A stretch of DNA of 26,509 nt, taken from the NCBI GenBank assembly GCA_044222065.1, contig JBGAOA010000060.1:1-26509 (forward strand), read 5' to 3'. Origin of the DNA: Candidatus Eiseniibacteriota bacterium. Lineage in GTDB: Bacteria; Eisenbacteria; RBG-16-71-46. A program made the position numbers and the translations under genes. Each line of letters opens with the position of its first letter. The stretch's first letter is position 1. The notes under the pieces were generated by a model. The model was not told the origin of the DNA. It searched no databases and saw nothing but the letters and a program-made list of their open reading frames with translations. Of the stretch, positions 1-9,063 are shown piece by piece.

Positions 1-538
1 CCGTCACCGCGAGCGACACGTCGGCCGAGATCCCGTTCGCAGAGTTCTTCTTCTTGAAGTCGGCGAAAACTCTCACGCCCTCGGCGCCGATCGCGCTGCG
101 GTAGCGCAGCAGTTCGCCCGCGTCGGATTCGAAGACGCCTTCGTCGGCGACGTGCGCGAACACGAAGCCCTCGACGCGCACGAACGAGGCGCCGCACGCG
201 TGCGCGACGGCGATCGCCTCGCGGTTCGCGCCCGCGAGCACCTGCACGCCGAGCGGCAGGTCCACGGCGCGGCGCACCTCGCGGCCGACGAGCGTCATCG
301 CGGCGACGACCTCGGGGCCGACCGCGCGCTTCAGGTACGGGCGGTCGTGCATGTTCTCGATCGCGAGCGCGCCGAAGCCCGCGGCGCGGTAGATCCGCGC
401 CTCGCGCACGGCGGTCTCGACGATGCGCTCGAGCGGGTCGCGCGCGGCGGGCGTCCCGGGCAGCGCGCGCACGTGGATCATGCCGATCAGCGCGCGCGGC
501 GCGCCGAAGAGGTCGCGAAGGAGTGCGGCTCGGTTCAT
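1..538 (-). CDS. BtpA/SgcQ family TIM-barrel protein, 3' end outside the window (not in the ORF track)
   Basis: Manual translation from the ATG at 538: MNRAALLRDLFGAPRALIGMIHVRALPGTP...IENMHDRPY...LPLGVQVLAGAN...FVRVEGFVFAHVADEG...VFADFKKKNS. The IGMIH-x-x-x-LPG, ENxxDxPY and FVRVEGFV motifs are typical of BtpA/SgcQ. Confidence 0.88.
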   Translation of the reverse strand, partial: MNRAALLRDLFGAPRALIGMIHVRALPGTPAARDPLERIVETAVREARIYRAAGFGALAIENMHDRPYLKRAVGPEVVAAMTLVGREVRRAVDLPLGVQVLAGANREAIAVAHACGASFVRVEGFVFAHVADEGVFESDAGELLRYRSAIGAEGVRVFADFKKKNSANGISADVSLAVT

Positions 539-693
539 GGCGGGATCCGGGGTGGAAGCGGTCGGAGGGCGCGGACTATAGCGGATGCGTTCCGCGGCCG
601 TCGCGCGTCGGCGGACGTCGTGCGATAGTGCGCGCGCCCTCGGAACGGACGATCCCGGAGCGGCCCTCGCGCCGCGTCGCACGGAGACCGCAC

Positions 694-1116
694 ATGCGAA
701 AGCGGCTGTTCATCGCCGGCAGCATCGGCTGGATGCTCGTCGGCATCGCGCACCTCGTGGGTCAGTTCGCGCCCCAGGGACCCGATCCGAAGTTCGACTC
801 GCTCGCCGCCGGACTGCGCGACTACGTGTTCGACACCTGGCCGCGCTTCACGCTGCTCGACGCCTTCATGTCGTGGGGACTGCTGTTCGGCACGCTGTCG
901 CTGTTCGCCGGCGCGCAGAACCTCATGCTCGTGCGCCTCGCCGGCGGCGACGAGGCGAAGCTGCGCGCGCCGGCGCTCCTGAACCTCGTCGGTCTCGTGG
1001 CGCTCATCGCCGGCAGCGCCGCCTACCACGCGGCGCCGCCCTTGATGGCGTACTCGGTCGTGTTCGTCGTGTTCCTGCTCGCGGCGTTCGCGGGTCCGCG
1101 GAAGCCGGCGGCCTGA
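694..1116 (+). CDS. Small 4-TM membrane protein (resembles LIC_13387-type hypothetical proteins)
   Basis: ATG at 694 with GGAG upstream. The 140 aa product (MRKRLFIAGSIGWMLVGIAHLVGQF...) has four hydrophobic segments and high GC3 codon usage. Confidence 0.8.
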   Translation: MRKRLFIAGSIGWMLVGIAHLVGQFAPQGPDPKFDSLAAGLRDYVFDTWPRFTLLDAFMSWGLLFGTLSLFAGAQNLMLVRLAGGDEAKLRAPALLNLVGLVALIAGSAAYHAAPPLMAYSVVFVVFLLAAFAGPRKPAA

Positions 1117-1187
1117 GGCTCGATCTCGTCCTCCGTCCCGCGCTTCGAGGCTTGATTCCGCGGGCGCAGGCGAGCAGGCTTCCGTCC

Positions 1188-3434
1188 GTGGTTCCCTGGG
1201 TCGGAAGATCCGCCGGCGCGATCATGATCGCGTCGCTGTTCCTGCTCGCCGCGCCCGCCTCGAGCCGTGCGAGCACGTCGGCCGTCACCGACTCGCTGAC
1301 GTGGACGACGCTGCCGGGCGAAGCGGTGAACGTCGCGCGCAACCAGGCCGCACTCGTGTTTGACTCGCGCCGGAACCGCGTGCTCGCCTTTTGCGGCGGC
1401 GTCTCTTCCCTGTGCTTCAGCAGCTACAGCACGAAGTTCTTCGACGATGTCCGCGCGATCGATCCGTCCGTCGGCACCGCGTGGGATTCGCTCCCGCCCG
1501 GTCCCGGTCGGCGGCCGCAGCTGCTCGACGTCGCCGCGGTGTACGACTCGACGGGCGACCGGATCCTGATGTTCGGCGGAGTGCACCCCTTCCCCGGCAG
1601 CACGCACTTCCCTTCGCCTCGGCCGGCGTGGTCCGACACGCTGTGGAGCTTCGACTGCTCGACGAACACGTGGAGCATCGTTCCGAGTTCGGGCTCCGGG
1701 CCCTCGGCCCGATCGAACGCGTCCCTGTCGCTCGACCCGCTCCGTGACCGCCTGATCCTGTTCGGCGGCAGAGACTCGAACGGCGTGGCCCTCTCGGATC
1801 TGTGGACGGCGCCTCGGAGCGCACCCGGGCAGTGGTCGCTCCTCGTGGCCGGCGGCGCACCGCCTCCGGGTCGTTCGGATCACCTGGCCGCCTACGATCC
1901 GGGGCGTGATCGGCTTCTGATCGTCGGCGGCTCGTCACCCGATACGACGCGAGGGACGTGGTCGCTCTCGCTCGCGGGATCGCCCGCGTGGACGCCGCTC
2001 ACGACATCGGCCTCGACGCCCACGGGCGTGACGTTCGGGGGGCTGGATGCGCGGCGCGGTCGACTGTTCGCGGTCGGCGCGGATCCCGAACCCACGGTGC
2101 GCGTGCTCGACCTCGCTTCGAACGAGTGGTTCACCGCCTCCCCGGCGGGCCAGTCGCCGCGCACCTTCGGATACACCACGAGCGGCCTCGGCGGGTGCAC
2201 GGCGGTGTTCGATCCGGTTCACGACGGGCTGGTGCTCTCCTGGATCGGCCCCTTCCCCTTCGGCTGTTGGAACGGGATCACGACCGGCCTCACCCACGTC
2301 CTGCGGAGCGGCCCCCTCGGTCCCGCCTCGCTCACGGCCGCGTTCGACAGCGTCGAGTACTTTCGCGGCGTCGGAACGTTGCACTGGTCCCTCGATCTGA
2401 GCGGGACGCCCTCGGGAGCCCTCGAGGCCGAGGTGGATGCGGGCGCGGGATTCGGACGCTATCAGCTGGTCTTCGCGACCGAGAGCGGCCCTTGCACGAC
2501 GTCGTTGCCGCTCTCGCCGGCGACGGCGTATCGGTTCCGCCTGCGCTGGTTCGACGGCACGGCCAGTCGCACGACGTCTCCGGTTGACGTCCAGACGCCG
2601 CCCGCGCCGGCCCGGGTCTCCGTCGCGGTGGACTCGATCTTCGTCGCGGGCGGATCCATCTTCCCGCGCTTCCTCCTGACGAGCGACAGTCTGCAGCTGC
2701 TGACGCCGACGGTGATGGAGTACCGAATGCCCGGCGGATCGTGGCAGGACGCGCAACTGGGCTGGCCGCTCCTCAACGGCTGGTTCGGAGCGCGCCAGGA
2801 CGACGTGCCGCCCAACACGCTCATCGAGTATCGCCTGCGCTGGGGACCCGTCCCGCTCACGTATTCCTCCGTGTATTCCTACCTGACGCCGCCCGTGCCC
2901 GTGTTCGATTCGTCACACGTCGAAGCGCGGCAGATCTCGCTCCACTGGCACTCGATTCCGGGTGCGACGCTCTCGTGCATCCTCTTGAAGTCGGCGCCCG
3001 GAGGTAAGGGCTGGCCGGACACGTCGTACGTGCAGACGGACGCCCAGGGTCGCATCGACTTCGTGGACCGGTCGGTCGCGCCCTCGACCTTCTACAACTA
3101 CCAGCTCGATTGGCTGGAGGGAGGAATCGAGCGGACCGCGACGACGGTGGGGCTCGCGACGCCGGCGGATTCTCGGCCGGTCCCGCTCGCGCTCGCGTCC
3201 CCCGCTCCGAACCCCGCGGCGAACGCCTTCGACGTGCGGCTCGATTCCTCGAACGCTTCGAGTGTGCTGGTCGAGTTGTACGACGTCGGCGGACGACGAA
3301 GATGGTCCCGCGTCGTTCCGGGCGGGCCACAGGTGGTTCACGTGGCCCCCACGTCGCTCAGGAGCGGTGTCTACTCGCTGGTCGTCCGGCAGGCGGGTAA
3401 GCACGTCGCGCGTCGCGTGGTCATCGTCCACTGA
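1188..3434 (+). CDS. Secreted Kelch-like beta-propeller + Fn3-like domains + C-terminal T9SS type A/FlgD-like sorting domain (start uncertain: 1152, 1188 or 1224)
   Basis: Signal-peptide-like segment IMIASLFLLAAPASSRA. Repeated motifs YDSTGDRILMFGG, LDPLRDRLILFGG and YDPGRDRLLIVGG. Fn3-like segments LSPATAYRFRLRW and VAPSTFYNYQL. C-terminus PAPNPA...VELYDVGGR...LRSGVYSLVV...RRVVIVH. Confidence 0.82.
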   Translation: MVPWVGRSAGAIMIASLFLLAAPASSRASTSAVTDSLTWTTLPGEAVNVARNQAALVFDSRRNRVLAFCGGVSSLCFSSYSTKFFDDVRAIDPSVGTAWDSLPPGPGRRPQLLDVAAVYDSTGDRILMFGGVHPFPGSTHFPSPRPAWSDTLWSFDCSTNTWSIVPSSGSGPSARSNASLSLDPLRDRLILFGGRDSNGVALSDLWTAPRSAPGQWSLLVAGGAPPPGRSDHLAAYDPGRDRLLIVGGSSPDTTRGTWSLSLAGSPAWTPLTTSASTPTGVTFGGLDARRGRLFAVGADPEPTVRVLDLASNEWFTASPAGQSPRTFGYTTSGLGGCTAVFDPVHDGLVLSWIGPFPFGCWNGITTGLTHVLRSGPLGPASLTAAFDSVEYFRGVGTLHWSLDLSGTPSGALEAEVDAGAGFGRYQLVFATESGPCTTSLPLSPATAYRFRLRWFDGTASRTTSPVDVQTPPAPARVSVAVDSIFVAGGSIFPRFLLTSDSLQLLTPTVMEYRMPGGSWQDAQLGWPLLNGWFGARQDDVPPNTLIEYRLRWGPVPLTYSSVYSYLTPPVPVFDSSHVEARQISLHWHSIPGATLSCILLKSAPGGKGWPDTSYVQTDAQGRIDFVDRSVAPSTFYNYQLDWLEGGIERTATTVGLATPADSRPVPLALASPAPNPAANAFDVRLDSSNASSVLVELYDVGGRRRWSRVVPGGPQVVHVAPTSLRSGVYSLVVRQAGKHVARRVVIVH

Positions 3435-3438
3435 CGCG

Positions 3439-3468
3439 GGCGGCGCGGGGATCGCTCGCCGCGCCGCC
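3439..3468. terminator. GC-rich stem-loop between convergent genes, possible bidirectional terminator
   Basis: GGCGGCGCGG (3439-3448) pairs perfectly with CCGCGCCGCC (3459-3468) around a 10-nt loop. There is no U-tract. Confidence 0.45.
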
Positions 3469-3497
3469 TCACGCCGCTTCCGAACGAACTCGTCGCG

Positions 3498-4841
3498 CTA
3501 CGTCTTCGCGACCGCCGCGGCCCACGCGTGCGCGACCTCGGGCTTCGCGATGTCCGAGTGCTCCATGATGATGTCGTCGGCCTTCAGGTTGTAGATCTTC
3601 CCGCCCTCGAACGCGTACGCGGCGTCGGTCTTCCCGAGCGCGAGATCGACCTTCACGTCGGTTTTCTGCGCGCCGTTCCTGCCGATGCCGCCGTACGGGC
3701 TCTTCGCATCGCCGACGTCGGACGCCTGCTGGCCGCCGAGGCGCGAGGCGAGCGGGTACGCCATGCCGACCGCCTTGTCGCGCCTCGAGTGCGACACGAG
3801 GATCGGGCCCGTCACCCTGTGATCCGTGATCACCGGGCGGAAGAAGCCCGCGTTGTTCTTGTGGTCGTCGTACTTCTGCGAGAAGCCGTAGTGCGAGAAC
3901 GCGGCCTGAAGCAGCGTCAGCGTTGCGACGCCGACCGGCGCCTGCGCCGGGTCGCCCATCGCGGCCGCCGTGACGAGCCGCCCGCCGAAGCTGTGGCCGA
4001 TGAGATGGAAGCGCAGGTTCGGCGCCGCCGCGCGGATCTTGCGGAGCTGCGCGTTCACGGGCCCCGCGCCGGTGCGCCCCGCGCGCTCCTTCATCGTGTA
4101 GTACGTCGCGACGTCGAGCGTGTCCTTCACTTTGCCGAAGAGTCCGCCGAAGAAGCCGCCGACGCCGCCCGCGGCGGCGCCCGCGCCCGGCGTCATCGCC
4201 GCGCCGCCGCCGATCGCCGCCGCGCCTCCGCCGCCGGGCGCACCGACCGGCAGCGGCGCGCGGCCGATGCGCTTCACGACCTCGGCGCCGTCGAGCGCGA
4301 AGAAGTCGCTCTCGTGATCGGTGTCCCCCTGCGTGGACTGGGTCACGAGCTTCCGCAGCAGCTGCACGAATTCGCGGCGCTTCGCGTCGTCGTCGTCCAT
4401 GTGGGGGGCGAGTTCGCGCAGCTTCGCGATCGTCGGATCGCCTTTCGCGAACAGCTTCGCGAATTCGTCCACGAGTCCCTGCGCCTTCGCGCCCGCGTCG
4501 CCGACTCCGGCAGCACCCCCCGGGATGTTCTCTTCGTCCGCCGACTTCTTCGACGGCCAGAACACCTCGAGCACCGCGTACTTTCGCGAGTCCACGCCCG
4601 CGACCTTGCCGGCATCGTTCGCTGGCCGGTCGAGTTCCGCGCGGATCCTGCCGAGCACGTCGTCGTAGAGCTTGCGCGCGTCGTTCTCGTCGTTGCGCCA
4701 GCCGTGCGAGATCACGATCAGGTCGGTGATGCCGTCCGCCTTCACCGTGCCGAGCAGCTGATCCACGTCGGCGGGGTGCAGCACGTTCAGCTCGCGGTCG
4801 ATCTCGAGCGGAAACGTCTTGAAGCCTGCGGTCGTTCGCAT
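3498..4841 (-). CDS. Alpha/beta-hydrolase fold protein (putative esterase/lipase) with an internal Gly/Ala-rich segment
   Basis: Oxyanion-loop-like ISHGWRN, nucleophile elbow LIGHSFGGR, candidate Asp (RRDKAV) and His (MEHSDI). GGAG RBS lies in the 11-bp gap after the subtilase stop. No signal peptide is visible. Confidence 0.82.
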   Translation of the reverse strand: MRTTAGFKTFPLEIDRELNVLHPADVDQLLGTVKADGITDLIVISHGWRNDENDARKLYDDVLGRIRAELDRPANDAGKVAGVDSRKYAVLEVFWPSKKSADEENIPGGAAGVGDAGAKAQGLVDEFAKLFAKGDPTIAKLRELAPHMDDDDAKRREFVQLLRKLVTQSTQGDTDHESDFFALDGAEVVKRIGRAPLPVGAPGGGGAAAIGGGAAMTPGAGAAAGGVGGFFGGLFGKVKDTLDVATYYTMKERAGRTGAGPVNAQLRKIRAAAPNLRFHLIGHSFGGRLVTAAAMGDPAQAPVGVATLTLLQAAFSHYGFSQKYDDHKNNAGFFRPVITDHRVTGPILVSHSRRDKAVGMAYPLASRLGGQQASDVGDAKSPYGGIGRNGAQKTDVKVDLALGKTDAAYAFEGGKIYNLKADDIIMEHSDIAKPEVAHAWAAAVAKT

Positions 4842-4852
4842 GAGGGGTCTCC

Positions 4853-6511
4853 TTAGACGGACTGGATCGCGCGCATCAGGTCCACGAGACCGCGGCCCTG
4901 GAAGTAGCGGTCGCGATGCAGGTCCGTCGCGCTGTCGAGGAAGATCTGCTTCACCCGTTCGGGCTCACCCATGAATTCCCGGCGGATCGAGAGGAACGCG
5001 GCGATCACGCCCGAGACGTGCGGCGCGGCCATGCTCGTGCCGCTCATCTCGACGTAGTAGTGGACGTCCTTGTTGGGCGGCGCTTCGCGGTCGGCGCCGG
5101 CGTCCGGCCGCTTCGCCCCCGCGCCGCACGACAGCACGCGCTCGCCGGGCGCGACGAGATCCGGCTTGAGCCGCCCGTCGCCGGTCGGGCCCTTGGACGA
5201 GAAGTACGACACGCCGTACGTGTGCGGCTCCTCGCGATGCGTCGAGCCCACCGTGATCGCGAGGTCCGCGTTGCCCGGATCGTTGATCGTCAGATCGAGT
5301 CCCGCGGTGCGCACCTCCTGCGTGTTCGTCTGCACGTAGCCGTAGCCCGTATTGCCCGCGGCGGCGACGACCACGACGCCGCTGCGGACGAGGCGGTTCA
5401 CCTCGGTGCAGAGCGGCGAGTGGCCGCACGCGAACCATTCGGGATCGAACTCGTAACCGACGCTCATGTTCACGCCGTGGATGCGCAGCCGGCGTCCGTG
5501 CTCGTTCTGGTCCTGCACGTATTCGAGCGCGACGATGAGGTTGCTCGCGAGCCCGCGGCCCGCCTCGTCGAGCACGCGCAGGCTCAGGATCTTCGTCTTT
5601 GGCGCGACGCCCGAGATCTCGCGCACCTCGTCGAACTCGGTCTTGACCTCGTCCTTCTCCTTCAGCTCTCGCCAGGCGAGCCGCGCGGTGCGCGTGGCGG
5701 ACTCGGGGTCGCTCGCGAGCGCGTATTCGCCCGCGATGATGCCCGCGACGTGCGTGCCGTGGCCGAACGGATCGTCGAGCGCGTCGCCACCTCCGACGAA
5801 GTCGCGGTGCTTGTCCTCGAGTGCGTCCTTCAGTTCGAGGTTCTTGTGCTTCACGAAGTGGACGTGCTTCTTCGACACGCCCGAATCGAGCACCGCCCAC
5901 ACCACGCCTTCGCCCGAAGCCGAGAACGCCTTCAGGGCGGCGTCGGCCTTCACGGTGCGCAGCGATTTCGTGAGCTGGGCCTGGATCTCGAAGTCGGGCC
6001 ACACGCGGTAGATCACGCGGCGCGCGCGCCCGACCGTGAACGAGTCCTCGGGGCGAACCTTGCGGACGTCCCAGGCCACGAGCGCGAGCACGTGCTCGCG
6101 CGTCAGGTAGGCGAACACGTACTGGCGGCTCACGCCGGTCTTCGCACGCGCGAGCCGCGGCCCGCTCCGGCGCTCGCGGCCCTGGGGCTCCTCGCGCAGC
6201 GCGACGAGATCCTCGGGAGGCGGTTCGTCGGTGAGCTTGCAGATCTCGCGCACGATCTTCATGCGCGCCGCTTCACGGCCGTCCTCGTGATCGAGGTTGC
6301 AGTCGATCACGAGCGTGTAGAGGCGCGGTTCGCGCGTCTCACCCGCGGTGCGCGCGGCCTTGCGCGCCGATTCTTCTTCGTCGAAGGCGTCGAGCAACGG
6401 GATTGCGATGACGCTGCGGTCGAGCTTCGAGGGATCGAAGCGCGCGCCCGCGTCGTCGGGCGAAGCGGCGCTCATGGGCCGCGACGTGCGGCGCTTGCGA
6501 GGGGGAGCCAT
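4853..6511 (-). CDS. S8 family serine peptidase (subtilase) with a ~175-aa N-terminal pro-region
   Basis: Catalytic motifs AVLDSG (Asp), GHGTHVAGII (His), AAAGN (oxyanion Asn) and SGTSMAAPHV (Ser), plus LKPDLVAPG. GGAGG RBS precedes ATG 6511. Confidence 0.95.
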   Translation of the reverse strand: MAPPRKRRTSRPMSAASPDDAGARFDPSKLDRSVIAIPLLDAFDEEESARKAARTAGETREPRLYTLVIDCNLDHEDGREAARMKIVREICKLTDEPPPEDLVALREEPQGRERRSGPRLARAKTGVSRQYVFAYLTREHVLALVAWDVRKVRPEDSFTVGRARRVIYRVWPDFEIQAQLTKSLRTVKADAALKAFSASGEGVVWAVLDSGVSKKHVHFVKHKNLELKDALEDKHRDFVGGGDALDDPFGHGTHVAGIIAGEYALASDPESATRTARLAWRELKEKDEVKTEFDEVREISGVAPKTKILSLRVLDEAGRGLASNLIVALEYVQDQNEHGRRLRIHGVNMSVGYEFDPEWFACGHSPLCTEVNRLVRSGVVVVAAAGNTGYGYVQTNTQEVRTAGLDLTINDPGNADLAITVGSTHREEPHTYGVSYFSSKGPTGDGRLKPDLVAPGERVLSCGAGAKRPDAGADREAPPNKDVHYYVEMSGTSMAAPHVSGVIAAFLSIRREFMGEPERVKQIFLDSATDLHRDRYFQGRGLVDLMRAIQSV

Positions 6512-6685
6512 GCGGAAACCTCCGTGTCGGCAAGGGCGGCGCGCGGTGGTGGGATCGCGCGGACGTTCGAACGGGTGGGAGGAGACTGCCGCGCCCGTCG
6601 CCGGTCAAGCCTCGAGATTCTCCGCGCGCCCGCGGCCCGCGCTGTGGCCACAGGTCGGCGGAATGCGATTCCGCACTTCGCCGCG

Positions 6686-8503
6686 CTAGAACCCCACCGG
6701 CGGCGGATACCCCGGCTTCCACGTCGCATCGATGCCGAGCGGACCTCGCACGGCGAGCCACGCGCCGCGAGATTCGCTCGCGGCGGGGATCACGTCGCGC
6801 GCGCAATCGAAGCGCGTCCACCAGCCCCACAGCAGCAGCGCCGGATCGTCGAGCGGCACGTCCTCGCTCACGGCGACGATCAGCCGCAGCGCCGCGTACT
6901 CGCCGCGACGCAGCAGCGACTCGAGCACGTCGCGGCCGGGCAGCGACGACGGCGGCGTCACGTCGGACGACCAGCCGGCGTCGTCGCCGCCGACCTTGCC
7001 CTTCAGCTGCACGAACAGCACGCCGCCCCACATCAGCCGCGACCCGGCGATGCGCGGATCGAACGCGCGCGGATCGGCGACCTCGCGCAGCGGCTGCCAC
7101 GCCGCGGGCGCCGCGGCGCCCGATGCTCCGGCCGCGGTGCCGCCGCTGCCCCCGCTCAGCCGCGAGCCGCTCTGCGCATCGAGGATCATCTTGCTGCCGA
7201 GGTTCATCGTGTAGCTCGTGAAGTCGAGCGTGTCGAGCGGCACGCCCGGAACGAGCAGGAAGTCCTCGGCCGGATCGAAATTCCGGGCGAGCGCTTCGAA
7301 CACCGCGGTCCGGTCGCGCGGGTTCACGTCGGCGTCCACGAGCACGATGCACTTGGTGAGCGAAAGCTGCCCCGTGCCCATGAGGCCGAGCGCGGTCTTC
7401 CGCGCCTCGCGCGCGTAGCGGTTCGCGACCGACACGACGAGCAGGTTGTGGAAACCGGCCTCGAAGTACGCCCACAGGTCCACGACCTCGGGATGGATCA
7501 CGCGCAGAACGCCGCCGAACATGTCCTGCACGGCCTCGCCCATCCACAGGTCTTCCTGCGGCGGCTGGCCGACGACGCTCGCCTGGAACACCGGGCGCTC
7601 GCGGTGCGTCACGTCGCGCACGCGGAACACCGGGAAGTGCGCGGCGTGCGAGTAGTGGCCGAAGTGATCGCCGAACGGGCCCTCGAGGTGGCGCTCGCCC
7701 GGCGGCACGAAGCCCTCGATCACGAACTCGGCGTCGGCCGGCACCCACAGGTCGAGGTGCTTCGCGCGCGAAAGCCGCGTCGGCGCGCCGCGCAGGAAGC
7801 CCGCGAACGCGAGTTCGTCGATGCCTTCCGGGAGCGGCGCCACGCCCGCGAGCATCGTCGCGGGATCGGCGCCGACCGCGACCGCGACCGGCAGCGCTTC
7901 GCCGCGCCGCTCGGCCTCGAGGTAGTGGAAGCCGCCGCCCTTTCCGATCTGCCAGTGCATGCCCGTCGTCTTCGAGTCGAACACGTGCATGCGGTAGAGG
8001 CCGAGGTTGCGCTTCTTCGTCGTCGGGCTCTCGGTGAAAACGAGCGGGAACGTCACGAACCGCCCGCCGTCCTTGGGCCAGAGCTGCAGGATCGGCAGCG
8101 GCTCGAGGTTCGCGCCGAGCGAGTGAACCTGCACCGCGGCCGCGCCGACGCGCTTCGGGCGCGAGGCGAGCACGCGGCCGGCCGAGCCGCGCAGCTTCCA
8201 CAGGTCGCCGAGGGCCTTCGGCGGCAGCGCGTGCACGATCTCTTCGATCTCGGCGCCGACCGATCGCGGCGTGCGGCCGATCGCCCACTCGATGCGCCGC
8301 GTCGCGGCGAGCACGTTGACGGCGAGCGGGAACGGCGAGCCCTTCACCTTCTCGAACAGCAGCGCCGGGCCTTCGGCCTTCGCCTCGGCGCACGCGATCG
8401 CCGTGACCTCGCAGCGCCAGTCCACTTCCTTCGACACGCGCTTCAGGTCGCCGCGGGTTTCCAGGTCGGCGAGGAAGTCCGTGAGCGTGCGGAAGCCGGC
8501 CAT
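6686..8503 (-). CDS. ubiD: UbiD family prFMN-dependent decarboxylase (menaquinone/futalosine-pathway type)
   Basis: Motifs LPILQLWPKDGGRFVT, RNLGLYRMHV, GMHWQIGKGG, EGPFGDHFGHYS and VVGQPPQED. Adjacent to ubiX and ubiA. Confidence 0.93.
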   Translation of the reverse strand: MAGFRTLTDFLADLETRGDLKRVSKEVDWRCEVTAIACAEAKAEGPALLFEKVKGSPFPLAVNVLAATRRIEWAIGRTPRSVGAEIEEIVHALPPKALGDLWKLRGSAGRVLASRPKRVGAAAVQVHSLGANLEPLPILQLWPKDGGRFVTFPLVFTESPTTKKRNLGLYRMHVFDSKTTGMHWQIGKGGGFHYLEAERRGEALPVAVAVGADPATMLAGVAPLPEGIDELAFAGFLRGAPTRLSRAKHLDLWVPADAEFVIEGFVPPGERHLEGPFGDHFGHYSHAAHFPVFRVRDVTHRERPVFQASVVGQPPQEDLWMGEAVQDMFGGVLRVIHPEVVDLWAYFEAGFHNLLVVSVANRYAREARKTALGLMGTGQLSLTKCIVLVDADVNPRDRTAVFEALARNFDPAEDFLLVPGVPLDTLDFTSYTMNLGSKMILDAQSGSRLSGGSGGTAAGASGAAAPAAWQPLREVADPRAFDPRIAGSRLMWGGVLFVQLKGKVGGDDAGWSSDVTPPSSLPGRDVLESLLRRGEYAALRLIVAVSEDVPLDDPALLLWGWWTRFDCARDVIPAASESRGAWLAVRGPLGIDATWKPGYPPPVGF

Positions 8504-8507
8504 CGCG

Positions 8508-9062
8508 CTATTCGAGCTCGGACTCGCGCCAGCCCGCGCCCGCGTCCTCGCCGAGCACGCCGAGGAGCTTCGACGTGAAGCCCGCGACGAGGTCGGCCGC
8601 CGACGTCGGCGCCTGGTACCAGGGCGGCGAGATCGGCATCACGACGACGCCCTCGCGCGACAGCTTGAGCGCGTTCTCGAGCGCGATCGAGCTGAGCGGC
8701 GTCTCGCGCACGCACAGCACGATCCGCATGCGCTCCTTGAGCGCGACCGCCGCCGCACGCGTGATGAGCGTGTCGGCGATGCCGCACGCGATCTTCGCCA
8801 TCGTGCTCACGCTGCACGGCACGATCACGAGCGCGTCGTGACGGTTGCTGCCCGAGGCGAAGGGTGCCGCGAGATCGGCGTCCGAGAAGATCTTTTTCAC
8901 GTGCGGCTCGAGGTCGCTCGGCTTCGAGCCCGTCTCGGTCGCGAGCACCTGGCGCGCCCAGTCCGAGAGCACGAGGTACTTGTCGCCCGGGCAGCGCTTC
9001 ACGAAGTCCACGCCGTAGGCCGCGCCCGAGGCGCCGGTCATCGCGATCAGGTAGCGCGCCAC
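8508..9062 (-). CDS. ubiX: Flavin prenyltransferase UbiX
   Basis: Motifs IAMTGASGAAYG, FASGS, IVPCSVSTMAKIACG, LITRAAAVALKER and VRETPL. Confidence 0.95.
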   Translation of the reverse strand: MARYLIAMTGASGAAYGVDFVKRCPGDKYLVLSDWARQVLATETGSKPSDLEPHVKKIFSDADLAAPFASGSNRHDALVIVPCSVSTMAKIACGIADTLITRAAAVALKERMRIVLCVRETPLSSIALENALKLSREGVVVMPISPPWYQAPTSAADLVAGFTSKLLGVLGEDAGAGWRESELE

Positions 9063-9063
9063 G

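Noticed and set aside
585..1151. N-terminal ~190 aa of the 949-aa ORF
   Set aside because: It overlaps the better-supported 694..1116 membrane protein gene. The signal peptide indicates a start at about 1152-1224.
6512..6685. Sigma70 promoter for the subtilase operon (TTGACC on the minus strand at 6603-6608)
   Set aside because: There is no acceptable -10 hexamer at 16-18 bp spacing.
4916..8578. 1220-aa plus-strand ORF, and similar long ORFs such as 22122..24953, 12249..14696 and 9304..11457
   Set aside because: These are antisense shadows of well-supported genes. They are Arg/Ala-rich, motif-free, and expected in very high-GC DNA.
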